Shown: positions 11,009 to 24,957 of the stretch, one piece after another
Position numbering within the stretch: position 1 is the first letter of the stretch
Layout: each line of letters opens with the position of its first letter
DNA from: Octopus vulgaris
Lineage: Eukaryota
Length of the DNA stretch: 64,000 bases
Direction: 5' to 3'
NCBI GenBank assembly: GCA_951406725.2
Contig: OX597823.1
Location: 2,914,001 to 2,978,000, forward strand
Position numbers and translations under genes: made by a program
Notes under the pieces: generated by a model
Told to the model about the DNA's origin: nothing
The model's input: only the letters and a program-made list of their open reading frames with translations
Databases searched by the model: none

Positions 11009-12898
11009 TATTGTCTTTGCACAGCTTCTAACGCTGTACTCCGGTGCCAGCTGTTCACTACCAGTGAACTTAGCTAACTCCACTTATTTTTCGAGCACCA
11101 TCCGGACTATTCGAACGGTTCCAAGCAGTGCTGTTTTCTGCAAGTGCTCCACCCTTATTGCAGCTCCTATTTGTTCCATGTACTTCTCAAGCTTTTTATT
11201 CACTGTTCCCAAGGCTCCGACAATTATTGGTACTACTACCACCTTTTTCAACGACCACAGCTGTTTAACCTCTCAAGCTAACCTGTCATATCTATCAACT
11301 TTTTCTGTCTTCCTTATTGCATACCTTGTTGTCAGCTGAGCATGCTATATGTATGATCCAGCATCGTTTGCTTTCTTTCTCAATTAATACTATGTCTGGC
11401 TTCCTATCCTCTATCTCATGGTCGCACTGAATCATAAAATCCCATAGTATCTTTGCATTATCATTTTCGATGATGCCTTCAGGTTTGTGGTCGTACCACT
11501 TTTTTGCTCTGTCAAGTCCATACTTGTTGCAAAGTGTCCAATGGACAAGTCTGGCTATATTGTCGTAGCGTCTCTTATATCCCTTCTGGGCTAGTGGCGT
11601 ACATTGTCTGGTAATATGCCATACGATTTCACCATTTTGTCCACAATTTCTGCACTTATCACTTTCTGATGTTTTGTCTATTCTGTATTTTATGTAGTTT
11701 GTTCTTAGTGCTTGCTCTTGGGCAGCTCAGATTAGAGCCTCCGTTTCCGGTTTTAAATCACTTTTAGTCATCCACAGCCATCTTTTTTCTCTGTCTGTCT
11801 TATCTTCAACATGCCTATGAAATTGTCCAAGCATCCTTTTCTTTATCCACCAATTTTCAGTTTCATTCATGCTCAACTCCTTGTACATTGCTTTATCTTT
11901 GCAATCTTCCATCCTACACAAGCCTGATCTTCTTACTTCTAATAATAGCGGTTCTGTGACATTTTTAAATACCATGCTATGTTGTCTTCTTCTGCTCTAA
12001 TGCTGTGTTCGCATCCAATAAGTCCTCTTCCCCCTCTTTTTCTTGGTACATACAGTCTGTCTGTGTCACTTTTTGGGTGGAGTATCCCATATCTAGTTAG
12101 CAACTTCCTTGTCTTTCTGTCTAAGCTGTTTAGTTCGTCTACTGTCCATGCGATTACCCCTGCTCCATATCTAAGGAGTGAAACTGCCCAGGTTCAATCT
12201 TATTTCAGTCGTTTAATTTCAACTTAAGTATCAGTCTCCGTCTGCACAAGTACTCCACCTTCAATGTTTCTGTCATTTCTTTCTCCATTAATTTATCCAT
12301 TTCCAGTATCCCCAATTACTTATAGCCCGTCTTTTCTATCTGCTTCATAACCTCCATCGACGGTATCGTTAGCCCGTCCATACATTTGATTTTGCCTCTC
12401 TTCAAGACTAACACACCACACTTTTTCAGTCCGAACTCCATTCTGATATCAGCACTGAAGGTATACACCGTATCAACGAGGGAACTGACGTGGGATTCAT
12501 CCTTACCATAAAATTTGAGGTCATCCATAACAAGTGGTTGACTTTTTGTTGGCAGCTTTTGAATACATACCCAGTCTTTGCTTTCCTCAGAATCAGTGTT
12601 AGTGTTATCATGCACAATACAAAGATCAGTGGAGACGGGAAGTCCCTTTAGAAGATGTCCCTCCTGATTTCTATTGTCCATAAACTTCTTCCATGTGCTA
12701 TCAGTTCCGTCCCCTCCACTTCGCCATACTTTTTCCAAGCAACCGCTCAACATTCGATGCAATACCAAATAAATTCCATAATCCAAGAATGTGGAATCAT
12801 ATCGTATGCCTTACGATAATCGATCCGTAAGTTAATTTTCCTCCTCTTGCAGTCTCTAAGTACAATTTTGTCTGCCAGGAATTTATCCTTCGTACCTC
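11009..12898 (-). mobile_element. R4/Dong-like RLE retrotransposon (family Z), frameshifted, tail in (TAA)n
   Basis: KAYDMIPHSWI, MDDLKFYG, MEFGLKKC, LKPETEALI, zinc knuckle, PDIVLI nuclease. Abuts (TTA)n at 10748-11008. Confidence 0.9.
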
Positions 12899-14362
12899 AT
12901 AATCAATGACATTACATGACATTGAAATCTAGGATAAATTTGGGGGAAAATCACTGAATTCATTTTTCAAAGACGAAAAAATGGGTGTATTCTATTATGG
13001 AAGCTGTCAGTTTGTGTTGTGTTGTGAAGCTGGTGCGACATACATTAAATATGAAGATTTAATGTCGTGAAAAGAAATATCCTTATAGAGTAAAGTAGGC
13101 GACATCAAAGAAAGGGATACAATTATTGTGTTTTGTAGTGTTAGAAGACGTAAGGAAAAAGAGGGAGAGAGAGACTGGAGGTTTGTGCAAGAGAAATACG
13201 AAAGGTTTGTAGAAAGGGAAGACAGAATGTTTGTAAAAGGGAAAGATAAAATGAGAAATTAAATGGCTCCAGCATTATTGATCTGATTAATCCCCGTGTG
13301 GCTGCAAAGGCGTAGTTTATTGTTAACTGAACCAAGAGGGATAAAGATATGCTATGGAGATCTGCTGGAAATGATTTTGACTCAATATAACATAGCTCCA
13401 TTCAACAGAAAGAAGACTCTAGATTTATCTCTTTTAAATAAGAATACCTGGTGCAGTAAGTTTTGTCTGTTGAAGTCGTTGGATAGGAATGACATGGAGA
13501 ATAATGCAGAACAAGATGAGAGAGAGAATTCGGAGATAAAACTATTTCAAGAGAAATAAAGAGTATGCACTATTTATCAGATTACGGCCAATGCCTTTTC
13601 TGTTGATGATGGCTACTACAGATGTGGCTGTTAGCCTGGAGATATTTCTTATTTATTTTAGGAAAAACAATATAACCCATAACAAGTTGACATTCCTCTA
13701 TACAACAGGAACGTCTCAACATTAAATTGGTCAAAGGCCTATCCAGTTTTCTATATCCAATAAAACGCATATCAACAGATAGCTATGCTGCAGTTTATTC
13801 AGTTGTCTATGATATTTAATAAAACACATAAACGAAGAGATATGCTATGGTTACAATGCAAATACCCTTTGCACACTGACAGTTCATAAAATTTTAATTT
13901 TGCAACATTTTTACAAGCGCTGACATGGCTGTCTGGTCAAGAAGTCAGACATCTACAAATGCTCTAGTATACACACTTACACACTCACTCACACACACAC
14001 TCACTCGCACACACACTCACTCGCACACACATATACACACGTTACGCTCTGGCATATTTCCTCTGAAGCTCTTCCATGCATGAAACTCTTTCTTTTTGTC
14101 TTCTCACTTCCGGTTATTTTTTTTAAATAATGCTAATGTGATACATACCCGTGGATTTTTTTCCTTTTATTTTTCAGTTTTTTTCCTCTCCTTTTTTTTT
14201 CTCATTCTAAATTTCTGAAGAGGAGTTTACATCTGAAACGTTTGTAGCATATTTCCATTTCATAGACACGTCAACTTTATAACCAGAATTTGATCCTATT
14301 TTATCTTGTCTTCCGGAACGTCATTGTTTCATTCTCTTGCTTCGTCTCACTCTCTCTGTATG

Positions 14363-14400
<38 letters not shown>

Positions 14401-14463
14401 ATATATATATGTATCTATATATATATGTATATATATGTATATATATCCATATATATATATCCA

Positions 14464-14501
<38 letters not shown>

Positions 14502-14751
14502 CACTTCTGTGTGTGTGTGTATATATATATATGTATATATGTATGTATACACACACACACACACATGGATACGTACACACTGGCACATGCGCAAACATAG
14601 GTTACACTTACATTATATGTATGCGTGTATGCACACGTATGTCAATGAATATATGCATGTAAGTGCGTATGTATGTATGCATATATATATATATATATAT
14701 GGGAATTGTATCTGCGTACATACATACATATACATATACATAAATTAATAC

Positions 14752-14803
<52 letters not shown>

Positions 14804-15469
14804 GCATACATACATACTTTCATACACACTCAGTTACACACCTTCAAGGTATGTATGTATATATGTATGTATATACAATACTTATGTTGGTCTTTAAGGT
14901 CACATCATAAACATAACGTTCTAAAAGCTATGAAAACCTAACGACTAAAATAAGTAAAAGAAAAAATAACAAAACGCACAAAAAGAAATAGAAATACACC
15001 ACAAAAAAAAACCAAAATAAAAATGGGAAAAAATAGCGAATAATTGTCATTTGTGTCTATTGTAGATTGTTAAAATGGCGGTGGTTTAATGCCATCGATT
15101 GAGAACTAACGATCAGTTGTTACCGATAATAAACCAGCCAAACCAATAAAGTCTGTCCAACAACTTATAATAAAAGACGCTTCTCTCTTACTCCACTTTA
15201 TTTTATCTATTTATTTGTTTTTGCTTGGGTTTTGATTTTTCGGTTTTTGGTTGGTTTTTTTTTTTGCTTTCGTTTTTTTTTTTTTTTTCAGCTATTTTAA
15301 TTCCTACCAATGTCATCTTTCATTCTTTTTTTTTTTTTTCTTTTTGTTCATGTTTTTATGGTTAGATTAATTCTGATCATTGTCATCGAGTGTTATAAAT
15401 ATAACGGAAGGAAGGAAGGAAGGAAAGAAGGAAGAAAGGAAGGAAGGAAGGGAGGAAGGAAGGAAGGAA

Positions 15470-15501
<32 letters not shown>

Positions 15502-16151
15502 CGAAGCGAAGGAAAAAAGACGAAAAAGAGGGAAAACTCAAATATCGCGGAGGCATTATTTCCTTAATTAAAAATATTCAATAATGATATTATAATGTGA
15601 TTTAATTATTAACCGTGAAAGTTGGTAAATCAGTTGTGTTTCTGGAAGATTCGGGAGTTGTAAGGATTGGAAATTCTAATTTGAAATTGGAATTGAATGA
15701 AATATTATTGAAAATAGTCGTATTTCAGGATGATTTGACTCTCGTTGACAGAAATATATCGAGGAATAAGAATGCCTCGATTTGAAAGAAAAAAAAAACC
15801 TTTCTCTCCCATTCAATGAATTCAGTAGAGCAAATTTTGCTGCTGCTGGTAGTGACCTGTGCAATGTTGGTGTTGTCTTGAATACAGTGTTTTAGATATA
15901 CCATAACACCGCTACGCTAAAGACAATATAAAACACACCGACTTGCAGACACTTGTGTTATGGTTGTTCAGCTTACCCACCCTAGGCCAGCCTTGATGAG
16001 GTTGACCTATGATCAAAGGCGTTCCAGCAATGACCATCCAGTCCTTTTGTATATTCAGGTTTGCCTTGACCAATGCGACCTATTCTAAGATGATAAGGGT
16101 GCGATTTGAAGCAAATTCTCTACTATTTTTAGCTAATATTTTTACTATTTT

Positions 16152-16815
16152 AGATCGCTAACTTAAGGGCTCCCTTGCCGGTTCGTTGAAGTCCTGTGTT
16201 AGCTCGTCGATTAGTGGGGCGTCGCGTCTCGGGCGGCGTCCAGTGCCTTTTAAAAGGTCCTCGAAAATTCTCATCCGTAATGATTCCCAACATTTGAGGT
16301 GATCTGTATCCTATCATCCAATGCAGATCTCCAGCATGTATGGTTACCCCTCTCGTCGATAACATCAATGTAGGTAAAGGTTGTTGGCAAACTAGGCCCG
16401 TAATTTCGGGCGAAAGATTCGCTCCAGAGACTGGTCAAGTAGGACCGAGTAACCCCTATGGCATGCGAACGTCATTCAAGGAAAACAGAAATTATTGGGT
16501 GCAGTGAAGTAATTTAGGATTGTAGTGTTGGCATTGGATTCGATGGCCAAAATGTGGTGGTTTGTGGCCATTTCCTGTTAATCTTCCTGTTATATAATTG
16601 TTGCTAGGACCCTCACACTTCCTCAGTCGTAAAGTCATGCGTTCACGGCAGGATTTTCATGGTTTCCAGTGTTCTGTTTCACGGTGGTGGCTGCTCACCG
16701 CCATTGCTTCTAAGAGTCGTAACTACTATTAACATCGCTCCATACTTGGGACATCGTAGACCGGCATAGTATCGGCAGGCGAGCGGTGGATTCGGAACTG
16801 GCACAGATGAAGAGT
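16152..16815 (+). pseudogene. 28S: Decayed 28S rRNA fragment
   Basis: GTCGATAACATCAATGTAGGTAAAGGTTGTTGGCAAACTAGGCCCGTAATTTCGGGCGAAAGATTCGCTC resembles conserved LSU CAATGTAGGTAAGGGAAGTCGGCAA..CCGTAACTTCGGG..AGGATTGGCTC; GGAACTGGCAC downstream. Confidence 0.75.
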
Positions 16816-17346
16816 GTAATGTCGAGGTTCTTGGTTAAGACTGGTGCACCATGATTTAATAGCAGCCCGATATCCCACCAGCACAATCAACCAGAAATAA
16901 AACTGCCATGAAATAAGAGCAACATTTGAGCTGTTGTGATGTTACAATTGAATAAGACAGATTAGTGTTTATGTACACAGACTGACACCAACAAACCCCC
17001 TCTCCGTCCTTGTGTTGTGATAGGAGAATTGCTTCCATAAACGCACGTTTATCTGAAGGAAATTCTAGAGTATGAAGGTATTATCTGTTAATATTTTTCT
17101 ATGTAGCCGTATTTTGTGGTGTGTGGTGTGTAATTGTTTTATGTTATAAATACAGTTAGTCTGCGAGAGAGTGTTCGACTTGTCTGGCCAATGTAACACT
17201 TTGAATCGTAAAATCAGCGCCTTTCACCTTTGCAAGAAGAAAATTATAAATATACGTGGGTGGGTGTGGGTGTGCGCGCGCGCGTGTGTGTGTGTACGTA
17301 TGCGCTTGTATGTCCTTTAGGATTTAAATTTTCTTTTCCTTTGCAG

Positions 17347-17511
17347 AATTCAAGCCGGCCACTAAGGAAGGGGCAAGGTTCTTTTGTTTAAGTCAAGACA
17401 GCTCTTGGAGTTTGTGGTTACCTGGATGGGTTGATGTTTGTATTGTGTGTCTGTGAGCACGTGTGATCAAACTTGCACTCGTGGGGGGATTCGTGTCAGA
17501 ATAGAACACAG
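17347..17511 (+). other. Candidate non-coding exon
   Basis: TTTTCTTTTCCTTTGCAG acceptor and CAG|GTATGT donor; stops in all three frames. Confidence 0.3.
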
Positions 17512-18289
17512 GTATGTTTCATTACTATTTATGTGTGCGCAACGAATAGTTGCAATAAACTTTTTGATAGCTACAATGCTATTCTTGCCTAGAAAACATC
17601 GCTTCCCATATTACATACTATAATGGAAAACATACATCCACATAGTCTCCGCGATATTGCCCAAATTGTAACTGTCGGAATAATACTATCTGTCTACTCT
17701 GAGTATTCTGTTTCTCCGAAAGAGAAATGTATTAATCACAAGGGTCCGTTTCGAAAGGTATTAGTCACATGGGACTTAGTGAGAACAAATTTCAAAGGTT
17801 ATTACCATCAGCATCTTCCCTCATTTACGTCAAAAACAAGAAACACTATACGTCCTTGTCCTAAAGTATCCCCAAAGTCAGGAACCAATAACATGGAATA
17901 TTGTATGTAAAGCTACAATGTATTTCGATTGATCTGAGAATTTCAAAACACTGAAGCAATCAGCAACATCTCTTATCTGAAGGTAAGAGTTATCGTTTAA
18001 CTTTCGTCATCGAAAGAAGTTTCTCCTATGCAGTTTTGTGGTACCTACACTAGAGAGAGGTCTTTGACGTGAAGTTAAAGCCATCATATTAAAGAAGCGA
18101 CGCAGCAGAATAGCTGCACTTGATGACCAAAGCCTTGAGCTGTGTAGCTTCATTTAACTCCATTACATCTCAATTCACTAGTTTCCGACTGCAATATTTA
18201 CGACCAAGCATCCACCTCAACCTATAAAAATCAATGGACATATCAGCAGCCATGATAATTTTTTTAATGTTGTTAGATCTTACACATAT

Positions 18290-18640
18290 TGGTTCCAAAC
18301 TTTGGCACAAAACCAGGATTTCGGGAGAAGGAGTAAGTCAATTACATTGATCCCTGTACTCGAATGGCATTTATTTCATCGACCCCGGAAGGATAAAACA
18401 CAAGTCGACCTCGGCGAAAATTGAACTCAGAACGTAAAACCGGGCGAAATGCCGCTAAACATTTTGCCCGGCATTCTAACGATTCTGCCAGCTAACAGCC
18501 TTACATCTTACACATACTGACTTTAAATTCTGACACAAGGTTAGCAATTTCGAGGGAGGAGATAAGTCGAATGCATCGACCCCAGTATTCAACTGGTACT
18601 TATTTTATCGACCCCAGAAGGAAGGTAAAGCCAACCTTGA
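18290..18640 (-). mobile_element. SINE family B copies (two)
   Basis: Reverse-complement core GTCGACCTCGGCG..TTTGAACTCAGAACG. Confidence 0.75.
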
Positions 18641-19364
18641 CAAGATCTTACACATATTAAGCGAACATTTTTATTCGTATTTTGTTTGTGGAAGTAAACA
18701 TACGTGTGTATATGTGTGTGTGTGTATATATATATAAACTTAGATATGATTCGACCAAAGATTGGTCCAGGCCATGTCTAACTTAATGGCACCATATATA
18801 TGAATGTGTGTCGTTGGCCAGCTGGAAGAGATGTCTTTCTGGGGCTATAAACGGCAGCAGCATTTTTCCGTATAGGATGCCACACTTGGTTGGCAATTAT
18901 ATGTTACGAGATATATATATATATACAGACAACGCGCGTGCGCACAGACACATACACACAAACACAAACACACTCACAAATATATCCAAAAGGCTTCGAT
19001 ACAGTTTCCATCTGCCCAAATCCATTCACTAGTTGTAGATCGACCTCAGTTATACAAAATGCTATTTCACAAGTTTACAAGCAGTTAAAGCATATATATA
19101 TATATATATATACACAAGTCTGTATGAGTTATAGGTTAAGAAACCATCTAAGGGATATTAAATATCCAATTATTACTGGATGTGTATTTATACGTATTTA
19201 TAAAGCAAATAAGAAAATGGAGAGGATAAACAATCGACAAACATCCGCTGGTAAACATTCAATTAAGTCTATTTATTAATTGATTACAAACATATGTGTG
19301 ATTCAAGTAAGCGAATGAAATAATTCAATAAACACGTAAACATATATATATATATATATATATA

Positions 19365-20070
19365 GTTAATCCAAACAAGAAAACACAAAAAAAAACACAA
19401 CAACGCGAGGACGTGGAACAAATATAGTATTATTGGACGCTCAGGAAAGAAGGGGTGAAGGAGGGTTTAACGTTTCAAGCGGAGCTCTTCGTCGGAAACA
19501 TAGGAGAAGGAAAGATCCAGAGAAGGGAAGACAGAGGGAAAAAAAATCGCCATATATATATATATATAAATAAATGAATAATAGATGAGTGTAAAACTAC
19601 TAAACTCTTACAGCCATTTCTACCATGAGGCAGCCAAGTCTTCCAAGTTATCCTCATCACGTCAAAGATAAACAGGGATGAACAAACATTGGACAGGGAT
19701 TGGACAATGGCTGAGCCCCACGGCTTCTTCAGAGAGTCCAAATGTTAGTTAAGATAATAGAGTAGAGTAAAATAAAATAAAATAAAATAGAAATAATGTA
19801 ATAGAAATAGTAAGGAATGGTAAGAACTTCATTTTAAGGGGATTTTATAATCCATGGTATTCCATCTAGTGGTAAATAAATAAAGTCACTCTCAGGAGTG
19901 ATTTCCACATGCTGCAGTTTAAATTGTGTTTCCATTGTACTGGGGGAAATAGTGAGGGTAGAATGTTATGTGATGAGTTTGATGGTATGGACTATGTCAC
20001 AGGGGTCAGAAGTTAGAGGCTAACCGAAATGTTTTGTTTTGAGTGAGGAGACCACAGGGGGGCAACAGTA
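19365..20070 (-). mobile_element. Penelope-like pLTR fragments
   Basis: (TA)n-flanked AT-rich segments. Variant hammerhead GTTT-CCGACGAA-GAGCTCCGCTT-GAAACGTT-AAAC at ~19466-19500 and a canonical hammerhead at 19602-19739. Confidence 0.55.
19602..19739 (-). ncRNA. Type I hammerhead ribozyme with ~100-nt stem II
   Basis: GGACTCT-CTGAAGA-A-GCCGTGGGG...CCTCATGGT-A-GAAA-TGGCTG-TA-AGAGTTT. Confidence 0.65.
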
Positions 20071-20134
20071 TTCTAGGTGTTGTCGTACAAAGGAGCAGAA
20101 AATAGGAATATTGACACCCTGTTCTCTGGGCCGG

Positions 20135-22920
20135 AAGGTCGATCACAGTATCCTACTATAAAAATTGTCAAATGTTGGAATCCGTGGGAAGCTACTACAC
20201 TGGATTGTGTATTTCCTGGAGAACAGAACACAACATGTGATCGGTAGAATCCACTGAAGCCCAGCAAAAGTCACCAGTAGTATCCCGCAGGGGGCTGTCT
20301 TGGGTCCACTTCTGTTTATAGTCTATATAAACGACATTTCAAGCGTCATCAAACATAGCAAATTGAAAATATATTCGCCGATGACATCTAAGCTCCAGAA
20401 AACTATCAAGGATCCAGGAGCTCATCTCACGAGCTGTATCGACTTTATTGTTGATGTGGGCACTCCAGCTGAGATTGTTATCAACAATTCCTCCTAGGTC
20501 TCTGATACTATTAGATGCTGTGAGTGGCTCCCCTGAAGGAAGAGAATATGGTTGTTTTAGCATAGTCTTTCTTCCAAAATGCATCAGCTCAAATTTTCTC
20601 TCGTTTAGTTGCATTTTGTTTTTGTCTGCCCATTGACTCACAGCATGGAGATCCGATTGGAGTTCAGTTCGGTCTTCGTCTCCGTTGATAGTTTTCTGGA
20701 GCTTAGATGTCATCAGCGAATATATTTTCAATTTGCTGTGTTTGATGACGCTTGAAATGTCGTTTATATAGACTATAAACAGAAGTGGACCCAAGACAGC
20801 CCCCTGCGGGATACTATTGGTGACTTTTGCTGGGCTTCAGTGGATTCTACCGATCACATGTTGTGTTCTGTTCTCCAGGAAATACACAATCCAGTGTAAT
20901 AGCTTCCCACGGATTCCAACATTTGACTATTTTTATAGTAGGATACTGTCGAATACTTTGCTGAAATCAAGATATGTGACATCAGAGTGCGAACCTGATT
21001 CCAAGGCTTTAAGGATATCATCGACGTAGTGTAAGAGCTGCATTAGACAATCCTTGTCGCAGCAAAAGCCACGCTGGTTGAAATTTAGAAGATTGTGGCT
21101 CTCCAGGAAGCCAGCAGCTATCTTTGGCTTTACTACCCTTTCAAACACTTTGACGATATGGGAGGTGAGAGAGATTGGGAGATAGATGACTGCGAGGGAT
21201 CTGTTTCCTTGTATGAAGACCGGGTTGAGAGACTGGGATAGGAGCTGTTTCGATATATAACCTGAGTCTAAAGAATTTCTCCAGGGGTTGGTTAAAGGAA
21301 CCGCAAGTTGGTGTCTACACTCCATCAGGACACTAGCGGGGAATCTATCAGAGCCTACAGTAGAATAGTGCTTGATTTCATTTATTGCTGTTATGATGTC
21401 TGAAGCAGCAAAAGTTATGTCCGAGATTATGTTGAGGGTCGACTTCGTTCACATCCCTTGCGTCAATATCAGTGGGATCACTAAAGACGGAGTAATATTG
21501 TTTCTGCAGTACTTCTGCCATTTCTTTGGCATCATATTGGAGAATTCTGTTATCATCAGTCAGTAGACCAAAGGGTGAGACAGCGGTCCTATACTTACTT
21601 GCATATGAATAGAACGCTTTTGGGTTCTGCTTGATATTTTTGATTACCCACTGTTCCTCTGCAGCTCTTTGATTTTCAGTGCAGGTTTTCACGCTGGTCT
21701 GCAGATGCTGTTTTTCCAACTCCAGCCTTTTCATTGTTATTGAATGTGGATGCTGTTTGTGGGAGTATTTCAATTGGTTGATTTTTTTATTAAGTCGTTT
21801 GATACTCCTGATGAGTATTTTTCTTTTCTCTCTGTTCGTCTTGTGAATTTCGTAGGAGCGTGTTTTGAGCATGTATAGGTGACAATGTTCTCAAAGCGCT
21901 GCTATGTGGTTTCAATTTCAGTGGAACTGAGAGTGAAGGATCAGTCGATAAGGGGCAGATCCTTTCTGATTGTTCCCCAGTTCGCTTTGTGCAAGTTTAT
22001 GTTGTCAAATAAGTGCAGTGAAGTTGGGCTGGATGGTTTGGTTTTAGTATGCCAGAAATTAAAGCTACAGAGTATCATGTCGTAGTTCGAGAGGAGAGTC
22101 TATTCAACTGAAATGCAATGGTTGAGCTGGAGTGGTTTGTTAATATCAGATTCAGGATCGTTTTATTCTGTCTTGTTGGTTCGAGCACTAGTTGTACCAG
22201 GAAAAATTCATCCATTAGATTAAAGAGTAATTCTGCTGCTGGTTCATCTGGTGGAGTGCAGCTGCCTTACTTCAGAGTATTTGTTGGCCTGTTTGCATTA
22301 GGGAGGTTAAAATCACCAATCACCGGTATGTTTCTGGAGGTGTATTTTTGAAGGAAGAGCTTGATTTTGTTGAGGCATTCTTCAAAGCACTTTAGAGGTG
22401 CTTGGGGAGGCCTGTAGAGACCAACAATGGTTATGTCATTAGCCTTGTTGAATAATGGTATGGATTCAAAGTAACCATTGGAAAATATGTCCTTAGCATC
22501 AACTGCAAAGGAGTCAAGGAGAAAAATGACTGTTCTTCCTTTATTTTGGTCTGTGCGATCTGCACGGATGATGGTGAAATTGTTTATTTTCACCCCGGCC
22601 TCCATGTGAGTGTTGTTCAGGTAAATTTCTGTAAGGATAAAGAAAGGGATGTGGTGTGTCGTTTCGGCAAGCCAACCCTCTATGTAAGGAATCTTCCATT
22701 TTGGGGCAGTGAGTGATGGGTTGATGCCATGTACATTTAGAAGGAATGACAAAGCGAGGGTAGTTTGTTGTTTGTACTGTTCTAAGTGCTTAGTCTTTTG
22801 TTTTATGTTGTTCGGAGGTAGCTATGAGGGTAGAATTTTCGAACGGAGCTGTGTGTATGTGGAATGTTGTTCTAGCTGGCGGTGAGTGTGTGTTCCTTAA
22901 GTTTTGCAAATGCGGCTGCT
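20135..22920 (-). mobile_element. CR1/L2-group LINE relic (APE endonuclease + RT) with inverted duplication at 3' side
   Basis: FILTE..GLYRPP..IGDFNLP endonuclease; NPKAFYSY; PISLTSHIVKVFER, YLDFSKVFD, PQGAVLGPLLF RT motifs; many frameshifts. Confidence 0.9.
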
Positions 22921-23096
22921 GGTAGCTCGTTGGATCTCCCGGCTTAAGTCGGTCTTCATATTTTCTAGATAATTTTTAGTAAAAAAGAATTTCCTCTTTG
23001 GTTAGCCATTTCATCATATGGTACTTTGAGCAGGTTTATGTTATTTGGTGCTATTGCTTTCCCATACTTCTGTCTTCATATATATATGTATACATG

Positions 23097-23155
<59 letters not shown>

Positions 23156-23323
23156 ATACATATATACATATATATATATATTTACACATATACATTATTA
23201 CACGTATACATATGTATATATGTATATGTACGTATGCATATATGTATGAATATATGTATATATACATATCTGTATGTAAATGTGTGTGTCTTTGTGTGTG
23301 TATATAAATGCTTTTATATGTAT

Positions 23324-23377
<54 letters not shown>

Positions 23378-23379
<2 letters not shown>

Positions 23380-23557
23380 TTAGCCACTACACACATTTTT
23401 TCTCCTTGTTTCTCTCCTTGTTTTTTCTGTGTCCCTTTCTGTAGAAGAGCGTAAGCTCGAAACGTAAAAGACTTTTTCTATTCCTGAGCATTATACTAAT
23501 ACATCTGTTTGTTTTGTACAACACCTGTCTTTGTCTTTTGTTTTTTTTGTAAACTCT

Positions 23558-23560
<3 letters not shown>
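23378..23560 (+). mobile_element. Penelope-like pLTR fragment in (TA)n with variant hammerhead
   Basis: CTTT-CTGTAGAA-GAGC-GTAA-GCTC-GAAA-CG-TA-AAAG; (TA)n on both sides. Confidence 0.6.
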
Positions 23561-23613
<53 letters not shown>

Positions 23614-23997
23614 AAGTATTAATTAGAAACAGAATACAAATTCAACCATGTCATAGAATATAGGATGGTACGCGACTTCTGGGATACCCTGTATATAAAT
23701 AAAAAATGAAAAATATATACGAATACGGAAAAAATATATACTAATGAAAATAAAATATAGCATTATAAGAGATATGTATATCCTAATGAAGAGGATGATT
23801 AAGAGACTAATAGATACTAATACGAATGACAAAAATTTCGGTGAATGTTACGCGTAAAATACGAATAAAGATATGAAAAGATATGAAAAAATATATGCTT
23901 TGACATACTAGGAATTTATTTATACATCTGTTTAGTTTGATATACTTTTAAGTTGGAATATATAATGATAGATAAAGTTATAAACAGGGGATAGGTG

Positions 23998-24091
23998 GAC
24001 CTGAAGATTGGGGTTGTATATAAAGGGAGGTTCTGTAAGAGACTGCGTGTCTCAGGAACATAGCATACAACCTCACGAAACACGTGTAGTT
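23998..24091 (+). ncRNA. Type I hammerhead ribozyme with extended stem II
   Basis: GAC-CTGAAGA-T-TGGGGTTGTAT...ATACAACCTCA-C-GAAA-CACGTG-TA-GTT. Lies inside a 33-bp inverted repeat pair (~23629-23661 / ~24128-24160). Confidence 0.65.
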
Positions 24092-24312
24092 GAAAACTTT
24101 GAACACGAATAGTAAGTATTAAATATAATATTCTATGACATGGTTGAATTTGTATTCTGATTTGTTGAATTTTATGGGGATTCCTGTCTCTAATTGATAC
24201 TTTCATATATATGTATTTATTTATTGAGAATTATTCAATTTAATATTCTTAACTTGAATATCTCATCCCTGTGACGCCGGAATTGATATTCCCTTATTAT
24301 TATAAAAATATG

Positions 24313-24351
<39 letters not shown>

Positions 24352-24374
24352 ATGTATGTATGTATGTATGTATG

Positions 24375-24421
<47 letters not shown>

Positions 24422-24490
24422 GAACATACAAACGTACACACACATACACACGCACACAGATATATAGATAGACAGATAGATAGATAGAGG

Positions 24491-24566
<76 letters not shown>

Positions 24567-24890
24567 CGGTGTCTGAATGTTTTAGCGTTTTCCCCATTGG
24601 GGAGCATAAAACTCCAGCGTGTCTAAAGGTTCCTATTAAAGCGACGGACAGCAGAATCGTTAACGATATTGACTCGGTGTCGTTGTTGTTATTTTTGTTG
24701 TTGGTGATGGCGATTGGGGTGGGGGGGGAGGAGGGAATTCTGTTGGAAAGGTTCTTTTAATTAATTTTATTCAAGTAGACGTGTAAATAGCTTCGAAGAA
24801 AATTATGAGAAAACTGCACTTCCATCTATCATAGCGGAAACGTCACTAGAATTGATGTTTTATGCTGAAAGTTTTCGTTGTTGTCTTTGT

Positions 24891-24921
<31 letters not shown>

Positions 24922-24925
24922 ATTG

Positions 24926-24957
<32 letters not shown>

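Noticed and set aside
12920-13800. Purine-rich segment with short ORFs
   Set aside because: No recognisable domain or terminal structure.
14290-14897. Many overlapping YI/VC-rich ORFs (also 23000, 43100, 50030)
   Set aside because: Translations of TA/CA/CATA microsatellites.
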